Shown piece after piece: positions 25,689 to 32,107 of a stretch of DNA of 32,107 nt. A program made the position numbers and the translations under genes. How positions within the stretch are numbered: the stretch's first letter is position 1; each line of letters opens with the position of its first letter. Source of the DNA: Bacillota bacterium (GTDB taxonomy: Bacteria > Bacillota > Sulfobacillia > SLMV01); NCBI GenBank assembly GCA_046484105.1, contig JAWOBW010000048.1:1-32107 (forward strand). Reading direction: 5' to 3'. The notes below the pieces were generated by a model. The model worked only from the letters and a program-made list of their open reading frames with translations, made no database searches and was not told the DNA's origin.

Positions 25689-25782
25689 TTCACACCGATA
25701 TCAAGAACCGGGGCGCAGACACCGCCCTGCACTTCACCGGTCTGCCAGCGTCAGAGTGACGCAACAGTGACCTCACGGCACC

Positions 25783-28326
25783 TCAGCACTCCGTGTAGCC
25801 ACAGGCCAGGCAGTACACACATCCCTCCTGGTATATGACCGCGTTGAGCCCACAGGCCGGGCAGAGGGCATATCTGCGACTCCCCGCCTGCTCACCCCCG
25901 GAGGGCGCCGGCACCTTCCGGGCCGCGAGATCCGCCAGATCCAGCTGAGTGAGAGCATCGTCGTCCTCATCTTCGTCGGCGAAGTGTGCGTCCGACTCGA
26001 TGTATTGCTGAATGAACTGGCCTATGGCGTCCGGAACTGACCGGATACGGTTGGGACCGAACCCCACCGATCGACTTCCACCTATGCCGATGAGCTGGTC
26101 GGCCACGGCCTGGGGATCCACGCCGCACCGAAAGGCCAACGATATCAGGCGCGCAATTCCCTCGGTGAAGGCGGCGACATCACTGCCCGCCTTTCCGATC
26201 TGGGCAAACAGCTCAAACGGATGGGTTCTGTGCATGTTCAGAGTCAGGAAGAGGTTGCCCATGGGAGTGGCCTTGCGCACGGTGATGCCCCGCAACCTGC
26301 TGGTGCGGGAGACGGGTCTGATGCGGCCCCACTCGACGCCCGGTTCGGCCGGCGGCGCCTCTTCTTCTTCCCTGCCCACCACCAGTACCTGCTCCTCGCG
26401 GCTGCCCACCCTGTACACCGTCAGGCCCTTGCATCCCAGTTCGTGGGCCTGCCTGAATGCCTCCAGTATGTCCTCCCTGGAGGTTTCCTGCGGGAAGTTG
26501 ATGGTCTTGCTCACCGCATTGTCCGTGTACTTCTGGAACGCAGCCTGCATGTGAATGTGCCAGTGCGGACTGATGTCAAGGGCGGTCATGAACACCCTCC
26601 TGACGCACTCGGGAACATCCCGCCGCGATTGCAGCGATTCGCCGCCCGCCAGGCTGGCCATGAGCTCGTCCGAGTAAAAGCCCGCCGCCCGGGCCACCTC
26701 CTCGAACACCCCATTGACCTCCACCAGCTTCTCGCCATCGAGTACGTGCCGGGTGAAGGCAATGCTGAACAGCGGTTCCACGCCACTGCTGGTACCCCCG
26801 ATTATGCTTATGGTGCCGGTGGGGGCGATGGTGGTGGTGGTGGCATTGCGCTGGGGGAGGCCCCTCTTCGCATGGGAGCTGCCCTCGTAGGCGGGAAACA
26901 CTCCTCTCTCGTCCGCGAGTGCCCGACTGGCCTTCTTGGATTCTTCGTCGATAAAGCTCATGACATCTCCGGCCAGCGACACAGCCTTCTCACTGTCGTA
27001 AGGGATCCCCAGCTTGAGAAGCATCTCCGCCCATCCCATGACGCCGAGGCCGATCTTCCGGTTCAGACGGGTCGTCCTGCCGATCTCGTCCACCGGATAC
27101 CTGTTGGCGTCGATGACATTGTCGAGAAAGCGGACGGCGAGGTGAACCGTCTCGGCCAGGTCGTCCCACCTGATCACGTCTGCCGGCTCCAGTTGCTGCC
27201 CCTGGTCGCTGTACCATCCGGTGTCCCGCACGAAGGCGCTCAGATTCACACTACCCAGGTTACAGCTCTCGTAGGGGAGGAGGGGCTGTTCGCCGCAGGG
27301 ATTCGTACTCTCAATCATTCCCACCTCCGGCGTGGGGTTGTCCGAATTTATGCAGTCCAGGAAGATCACCCCGGGTTCCCCATTCTTCCACGCCATCTCC
27401 GACAGCAGCTCGAAGACCTGCTGTGCCGGCACTTCCCTCACCACGCTGCCGTCGCGCGGATTAACCAGAGGATACTCCTCTCCCCTCTCCAAGGCATCCA
27501 TGAACTCATCCGTGATGGCCACCGACAGGTTGAAGTTCGTCACTGCCTCGTTGTCGCTCTTGCAGGTGATGAACTCCATGATGTCGGGATGATCGACCCG
27601 GAGAATGCCCATGTTCGCACCCCTGCGGGTTCCACCCTGCTTCACCGCCTCCGTGGCAGCGTTGAACACCTTCAAGAAGGAAACTGGGCCGCTGGCAATC
27701 CCCCCGGTGGTGCGGACCACATCGTTCTTGGGACGGAGCCGGCTGAAGCTGAACCCGGTTCCTCCCCCGGATTTATGTATGAGTGCGGCGTTCTTGATGG
27801 ATTCGAAGATGCTCTCCATGCTGTCCTCAATCGGCAGGACGAAACACGCTGACAGCTGCTGCAGCTCCCTCCCGGCATTCATCAGGGTGGGAGAATTGGG
27901 CAGAAACTCCCTGCTGCAGATCGTCCGGAAGAAGGCCTCCTGCAGGACGCGCACCTCCGCCTCCCGCTCCCTGATCAGTTCACACACCTGGTCAAAACTG
28001 ATCTTCATGCAACCCTGTTCCGCATGCGCGCGGTATGCCTTCTTCAGGGTCTGAAGATCGTACGTGGTGAGGTGCGCCACATCCGCACCCTCCCAATCGG
28101 TTTCCTCCTCCGCCGGGGCCTCAACTCCACCGGCTGGATCATACACCTCGGGCCAGTACAGAACATCGATGACAGCTACGTTCCTGGCCACACGCTCCAG
28201 CATCTGACGCGGGCTCTCGACGGGGTTTCCCTCACTGTCCTTGGCCAGATACCGCTTCCTCAGGACAGTCAGGGCATTTTCATTCAGGCCCAGGTCGTCG
28301 CGATCCATCATATCTTCGACATTCAC
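25783..28326 (-). CDS. nrdJ: Adenosylcobalamin-dependent (class II) ribonucleotide reductase
   Basis: 847 aa: ...LPNSPTLMNAG...TNPCGEQPLLPYESCNLGSVNLS...APTGTISII...; C-terminal Cys-rich tail CPACGLNAVIYQEGCVYCLACGYTEC. The GTG start overlaps the nrdR stop (GTGA at 28323-28326). Confidence 0.9.
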   Translation of the reverse strand: MNVEDMMDRDDLGLNENALTVLRKRYLAKDSEGNPVESPRQMLERVARNVAVIDVLYWPEVYDPAGGVEAPAEEETDWEGADVAHLTTYDLQTLKKAYRAHAEQGCMKISFDQVCELIREREAEVRVLQEAFFRTICSREFLPNSPTLMNAGRELQQLSACFVLPIEDSMESIFESIKNAALIHKSGGGTGFSFSRLRPKNDVVRTTGGIASGPVSFLKVFNAATEAVKQGGTRRGANMGILRVDHPDIMEFITCKSDNEAVTNFNLSVAITDEFMDALERGEEYPLVNPRDGSVVREVPAQQVFELLSEMAWKNGEPGVIFLDCINSDNPTPEVGMIESTNPCGEQPLLPYESCNLGSVNLSAFVRDTGWYSDQGQQLEPADVIRWDDLAETVHLAVRFLDNVIDANRYPVDEIGRTTRLNRKIGLGVMGWAEMLLKLGIPYDSEKAVSLAGDVMSFIDEESKKASRALADERGVFPAYEGSSHAKRGLPQRNATTTTIAPTGTISIIGGTSSGVEPLFSIAFTRHVLDGEKLVEVNGVFEEVARAAGFYSDELMASLAGGESLQSRRDVPECVRRVFMTALDISPHWHIHMQAAFQKYTDNAVSKTINFPQETSREDILEAFRQAHELGCKGLTVYRVGSREEQVLVVGREEEEAPPAEPGVEWGRIRPVSRTSRLRGITVRKATPMGNLFLTLNMHRTHPFELFAQIGKAGSDVAAFTEGIARLISLAFRCGVDPQAVADQLIGIGGSRSVGFGPNRIRSVPDAIGQFIQQYIESDAHFADEDEDDDALTQLDLADLAARKVPAPSGGEQAGSRRYALCPACGLNAVIYQEGCVYCLACGYTEC

Positions 28327-28805
28327 TCCCCTCGATGCCTCCTCTCGTCCTCTCGGTCTCTGCGCAGCTGGGCCACCTCCCGGCGAAAGGCCTCAACATC
28401 GGCGAAGAGCCGGTACACCGAGGCAAAGCGAATGTAGGCCACCTCGTCCAGCTCCCGCAGCCTCTCCATGACCCTTTCTCCTATGTCCCGTGAGGTTACC
28501 TCCTCGGACGCATCCGCCCTGATCTGATACTCAACATCATTGACCAGGTTCTGCAGGTCATCCATGCTGACGGGACGTTTCTCGCAGGCGGTGACCACAC
28601 CTCTGAGGATCTTGTCTCGCTGGAATCTCTCACGCCTGCCGTCCCTCTTCAGGACCATCAGAGGCGCCTCATCTATGCGCTCGTAGGTCGTGAACCGTCG
28701 CTGGCAATGGGGACACTCGCGCCGCCGGCGCACAGAGCGGTTCTCCTCCGCCGGACGCGAATCCAGCACCCGACTCCCGAGTTTGCCGCAGTGAGGGCAT
28801 CTCAT
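28323..28805 (-). CDS. nrdR: Transcriptional repressor NrdR (zinc ribbon plus ATP-cone)
   Basis: MRCPHCGKLGSRVLDSRPAEENRSVRRRRECPHCQRRFTTYERID... followed by ATP-cone ...VLKRDGRRERFQRDKILRGV...AYIRFASVY. Confidence 0.95.
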   Translation of the reverse strand: MRCPHCGKLGSRVLDSRPAEENRSVRRRRECPHCQRRFTTYERIDEAPLMVLKRDGRRERFQRDKILRGVVTACEKRPVSMDDLQNLVNDVEYQIRADASEEVTSRDIGERVMERLRELDEVAYIRFASVYRLFADVEAFRREVAQLRRDREDERRHRGE

Positions 28806-28823
28806 CCCGATTCAGTCCTCTCG

Positions 28824-28839
28824 CCACAAGATATAGGAT
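28824..28839 (-). promoter_or_regulatory. NrdR box (proximal)
   Basis: The minus strand reads ATCCTATATCTTGTGG, matching about 12/16 positions of the published NrdR-box consensus acaCwAtATaTwGtgt. It lies 19-34 nt upstream of the nrdR ATG, and its TATATC could double as the -10 element. Confidence 0.6.
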
Positions 28840-28855
28840 GCCGCATGACCAGTAA

Positions 28856-28871
28856 ACACTATATATTGCGG
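28856..28871 (-). promoter_or_regulatory. NrdR box (distal)
   Basis: The minus strand reads CCGCAATATATAGTGT, matching about 14/16 positions of the consensus. Centre-to-centre distance to the proximal box is 32 bp, the typical tandem NrdR-box spacing of about three helical turns. Confidence 0.75.
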
Positions 28872-28918
28872 ACAGACAAGCAGGCTGAGAAAGCATAGGC
28901 GGTGGTGAGAGGGGACAG

Positions 28919-29710
28919 TCAGGTGTAGTTTCGACAGGACTCCTCCATCCTCACGGGCAGTCGACCTTCCAACCAGGAACCGGAGCGAGGATCCGACAGT
29001 ATTCGATAGGCATAGACCTCGACCCCCGCCATGGCGGCGTCCCACAGTGCCCTGGCGAAGCCCGGATCAACCTCCGGGTGGGCCGCCACCGAGACCGCCC
29101 CCGGGTGGCAGACGGCGAAGGCCACCGCACACCGATCACCGCGGCGCACCAGGGCGGTCAGATCCCGCAGGTGCCTGACTCCCCTCTCGGTGGGGGCGTC
29201 GGGGAAACGGGCCTCGATCCCGCTGGGAGTTGAGACTGCCAGGGTCACGGACTTGACCTCCATCCAGCAGAGCTCGCCGCCCTCCTCATCTGTCAACTGG
29301 AAGTCGAAGCGGCTGCGGCCGGCGGGCACCTCTCGCCTCACCTCCCGCAGACGGCAAAACTCCGGCAGGTCACCGTCGCGCAGCGATTGCCAGACTACCT
29401 CCACCGGCAGGCGCGAATCGACTAAGATCCATCGGGAGCAACTCTCGCCCAGTAGGGCGGCCAGCACCAGGTCCCGGGAGGTCCTGCGGGTGGGCGAGGG
29501 CCGATCCGCGAGGCCCACCCAGTTGCCCGGGATCAGCAGCTGGGAGAGGCGCCCGGAATTCGCCAGGTGCACTGCCTCAATCTCGCCGAGAATCTCAACC
29601 TCGGCGACAAACCGGTTCACTCGCCTGACGAAGCGACCACAGACCAGGTCCTCGTCGATGGCCAGGCGGGCACTGCGAGGCAGGGAATCAATGCACTGAA
29701 CCCAGGGCAT
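28919..29710 (-). CDS. sfsA: SfsA-family DNA/RNA nuclease-fold protein (sugar fermentation stimulation protein A homolog)
   Basis: GRFVRRVNRFVAEVEILGEIEAVHLANSGRLSQLLIPG...WMEVKSVTL...ARFPDAPTERGVRHLRDL.... Confidence 0.85.
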   Translation of the reverse strand: MPWVQCIDSLPRSARLAIDEDLVCGRFVRRVNRFVAEVEILGEIEAVHLANSGRLSQLLIPGNWVGLADRPSPTRRTSRDLVLAALLGESCSRWILVDSRLPVEVVWQSLRDGDLPEFCRLREVRREVPAGRSRFDFQLTDEEGGELCWMEVKSVTLAVSTPSGIEARFPDAPTERGVRHLRDLTALVRRGDRCAVAFAVCHPGAVSVAAHPEVDPGFARALWDAAMAGVEVYAYRILSDPRSGSWLEGRLPVRMEESCRNYT

Positions 29711-29711
29711 C

Positions 29712-30278
29712 TCAATCCCCGCGGGCGGCGAATCCGCCCCGTTCGAGCCTCTCCCCCACCCGGTGATACTGACCCCGCACGTAGGCGAGCAGGGACTCCT
29801 CGCTCAAGGAAAGACCTCCCCGCTCGTCCACCCATGCATCGTCGACCTGGACTCCGACCACTTCGCCCATGAAACAATCGTGGCTCCCCAGCGGTCGACG
29901 GTCGATCACCCTGCATTCGAGGTTCACCGGGCACTGCTCAATCACCGGGGCGTACAGCAGAGTCGCCGCCTTCCCCGCCGTGAGCCCGGTGTCGGCAAAC
30001 TTGTCGCGGTCCCTGCCCGAAACGGTTCCGCAGTAGTCGAGAGCCTCTACCTGGTCCACAGTGGGGATGTTGACCACGAACTCACCACTGTCGGTGATCA
30101 GAGAGTGAGAATGCCTGCTCCCTCTGACCCCCACCCCCAACACCGGTGGGTCGGAAGACAGGACCCCGATCCAGGCGATGGCTATGATATTGGCGTTGCC
30201 ACCGCGGTCGGCACAGCTTACCATCACTGCCGGCACCGGATACAGAACGGTGCCGGGCTCCATCCGCGTCTTGGACAT
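29712..30278 (-). CDS. Flavin reductase-like (FMN-binding split-barrel) protein
   Basis: YPVPAVMVSCADRGGNANIIAIAWIGVLSSDPPVLGVGVRGSRHSHSLITDSGEFVVNIP...GRDRDKF.... Its stop lies 1 nt before the sfsA start. Confidence 0.8.
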   Translation of the reverse strand: MSKTRMEPGTVLYPVPAVMVSCADRGGNANIIAIAWIGVLSSDPPVLGVGVRGSRHSHSLITDSGEFVVNIPTVDQVEALDYCGTVSGRDRDKFADTGLTAGKAATLLYAPVIEQCPVNLECRVIDRRPLGSHDCFMGEVVGVQVDDAWVDERGGLSLSEESLLAYVRGQYHRVGERLERGGFAARGD

Positions 30279-30292
30279 GTTCCCTCCTCTCG

Positions 30293-30325
30293 GGGCCCCG
30301 CCCCGGGCTCACCGGGGCAGGGCCC
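30293..30325 (-). other. Intercistronic GC-rich hairpin abutting the flavin-reductase SD
   Basis: GGGCCCCGCCCCGG (30293-30306) pairs with CCGGGGCAGGGCCC (30312-30325): 13 bp with one C/A mismatch and a 5-nt loop. On the mRNA strand it is immediately followed by GAGAGGAGGG and ATG 30278. No U-tract. Confidence 0.5.
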
Positions 30326-30330
30326 GTTCC

Positions 30331-31518
30331 TCACTCCTTCTCCAGCTCATATACCGCCCTGCCCTCAACGAAGGTGGCCACGCACTTGCTGTAGTTGAGG
30401 AGCGGATTGTCGTCGAAGATGGCCACATCCGCATCCTTGCCGGCCTCCAGGCTGCCGACCCGGTCGGCAATGCCCAACACCTCTGCCGGGTTTATGGTGA
30501 TCGCCCTCATGGCCTCGTCCTCGGGCATCCCCTCCCGCACCGCGAGGCCGGTCACCACCGGCAGCCACTGGGTGCTGGAGGCCCCGTCCATCTGTATGCA
30601 GACCTTCACCCCCGCCCGGGCGAGAATGCCGGGGTTGGCGAGGGTCACATCCTTGATCTCCATCTTGCCCCTGGCCATCAGCAGCGGGCCCACTATGCAG
30701 GGGACCCCCTTATCGACCAGAATCTCCTTGATCTTGTAGCCCTCGGTCACGTGCTCCAGGCTGTAGCGGATCTTGAACTCCTCCGCCACCCGGATGGCCG
30801 TGAGTATGTCGTCCGCCCGGTGACAGTGAATGTGGGCGGACATCTCCCCGGTCAACACCTTGCCCAGGGCCTCCCACCGCAGATCCCTCTCGGGAAGATC
30901 CGGTTCCTCGTCTCCTTCTTTCTCGGCCTTAGCCCGCGCCTTCTCGATCTTGTTCAGGTAGTTCTGGGCTGAAACCAGGGCCTCCCGCAGCACCGCCGCA
31001 TTGGCCATGCGGGTCGCCGGTGTCTTCTTGCTGCCAACGCCGTAGACCCTCTTCGGATTCTCACCGAGCGCCATCTTCATACCCTCGGTCCCCGGTATCA
31101 CCATCTCGTCGACGGTTTCACCGCTCAGCTTGATGGCGACTCCGGTTCCTCCGATTATGTTCGCGCTTCCGGGCTGGGTGTATACGCAGGTGACCCCGGC
31201 GGCGAGGACGTCCGCAAAGGAGGGATCGTCGGGATTTAGGGAATCGATTCCCCGCAGCTGCGGCGTCACTGGATTGGTGGTCTCGTTCCCGTCAGCTGTC
31301 GCCCAGGTCCGCGGTTCGCCAAAGAGACCGATGTGGCTGTGCGCATCGATCAGTCCCGGGGTGACCCACTTGCCCGCAGCGTCGATGATCTCCGCCCCGT
31401 CCGGGATCTCGACGTCTGTCCCCACCGCGGCGATCTTGTCACCGTCGATGAGAACCGTGCCGTGTTCGAGCATACCTCCGGTAATCGTCAGTACCCTTCC
31501 GTTGGTGATTGCCAGCAT
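30331..31518 (-). CDS. Metal-dependent amidohydrolase family protein (COG1228-like)
   Basis: MLAITNGRVLTITGGMLEHGTVLIDGDKIAAVG...IDAAGKWVTPGLIDAHSHIGL (H-x-H metal motif) ... HCHRADDI ... GSLEAGKDADVAIFD. Confidence 0.85.
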   Translation of the reverse strand: MLAITNGRVLTITGGMLEHGTVLIDGDKIAAVGTDVEIPDGAEIIDAAGKWVTPGLIDAHSHIGLFGEPRTWATADGNETTNPVTPQLRGIDSLNPDDPSFADVLAAGVTCVYTQPGSANIIGGTGVAIKLSGETVDEMVIPGTEGMKMALGENPKRVYGVGSKKTPATRMANAAVLREALVSAQNYLNKIEKARAKAEKEGDEEPDLPERDLRWEALGKVLTGEMSAHIHCHRADDILTAIRVAEEFKIRYSLEHVTEGYKIKEILVDKGVPCIVGPLLMARGKMEIKDVTLANPGILARAGVKVCIQMDGASSTQWLPVVTGLAVREGMPEDEAMRAITINPAEVLGIADRVGSLEAGKDADVAIFDDNPLLNYSKCVATFVEGRAVYELEKE

Positions 31519-31597
31519 CTTTTGACCTCCTCACAACTGGATGAACTCTCACAATTCCCAACAACGCCCGAGAACTGTCTCCAGTGGTGTCCTTTCG

Positions 31598-32107
31598 TCA
31601 CCTGAAGCTACTTTCCTGCTTTCGCCAGGTCGGTCCCCAGTGGGCGGCGGCAATGACCGCCTCCTCCATCGAGGTGCTGTCCGCCCGTCCCTTTCCCGCC
31701 AGATCGAGGGCAGTCCCGTGATCCACCGAGGTGCGCAGAAAGGGCAGTCCGAAGGTGAGGCTGATGGTGCGGTGAAAGTCCAGCGTCTTGGCCGCGATGT
31801 GCCCCTGGTCGTGAAACAGCGACAGTACCGCATCATAGTGCCCGGAGTGAGCGAGGTGGAAGACGGCATCGGCGGGAACCGGTCCGCACAAATCCAGACC
31901 CTCCCGCCGGGCGCGTCGCACCGCGGGCGCGAGAATCCTGATCTCTTCCTCGCCGAACAGCCCCCCGTCTCCTGCGTGGGGGTTCAGGGCGGCGAGGGCG
32001 AGCCGGGGCGACTGCAGTCCGAGGCGGGCGAGATCGGCGGGCGCCTCCCGGGCCAGATTCACCACGGCCGACTCGGTGATCCGCTCGATGGCGCTGCGCA
32101 GTGAGCA
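31598..32107 (-). CDS. pdxA: 4-hydroxythreonine-4-phosphate dehydrogenase family (PdxA/PdxA2), C-terminal part; the gene continues beyond the window
   Basis: LNPHAGDGGLFGEEEI...GPVPADAVF...DAVLSLFHDQGHIAAKTL...GLPFLRTSVDHGTALDLAGKGRAD. The frame stays open to nt 32107 (CSLRSAIERITESAV...), so the ORF-track GTG 32065 is not the true start. Confidence 0.88.
   Translation of the reverse strand, partial: CSLRSAIERITESAVVNLAREAPADLARLGLQSPRLALAALNPHAGDGGLFGEEEIRILAPAVRRARREGLDLCGPVPADAVFHLAHSGHYDAVLSLFHDQGHIAAKTLDFHRTISLTFGLPFLRTSVDHGTALDLAGKGRADSTSMEEAVIAAAHWGPTWRKQESSFR

Noticed and set aside
1-32107. Looked on both strands for rRNA or tRNA genes, CRISPR repeat-spacer periodicity, IS inverted repeats with a transposase, integrase or recombinase genes, toxin-antitoxin pairs and known defence-system signatures.
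   Set aside because: None were found by eye. All intergenic regions are under 600 bp and lack regularly spaced repeats, and no ORF shows DDE/HUH/tyrosine-recombinase or typical defence-gene motifs. A covariance-model scan (tRNAscan-SE, Infernal) would be needed to exclude small RNAs formally.

Overview
This is a 32.1 kb GC-rich segment (about 60-65% by eye) that reads as ordinary chromosomal core genome of an endospore-forming Bacillota-type organism. The evidence for that placement is dnaE flanked divergently by ytrH/ytrI-like sporulation genes, plus an alpha/beta-type SASP gene. I can support about 30 protein-coding features. In window order they are:
- nnr 3' end and a headless CN-hydrolase remnant
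- an orphan OmpR-type response regulator, a GNAT acetyltransferase, a flavodoxin-like protein and a formamidase/acetamidase
- fxsA, dnaE, ytrH, ytrI, nth, a solitary murD and an aspartate aminotransferase
- a MoxR-DUF58-transglutaminase operon
- the SASP gene and a SAM-methyltransferase-fold protein with a degenerate motif I
- an unrecognisable 589-aa membrane protein with a coupled 62-aa membrane peptide
- a peptide/nickel-type ABC importer (binding protein and two permeases, no ATPases)
- hsp20, nrdR-nrdJ with two NrdR boxes, sfsA, a flavin reductase, an amidohydrolase and the pdxA 3' part

I saw no rRNA, tRNA, CRISPR array, transposase, integrase or phage genes. I did not recognise a clear-cut new defence or mobile system. 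The best candidates for undescribed biology are the 19141-21095 two-gene membrane module, the uncharacterised MoxR-DUF58-TGase operon, the glycine-less methyltransferase-fold protein and the nnr/CN-hydrolase junction at the window start.

All family calls come from motif recognition by eye, with no searches run. Hand-counted coordinates of small motifs were anchored to ORF-track stops and starts but may be off by 1-2 nt.
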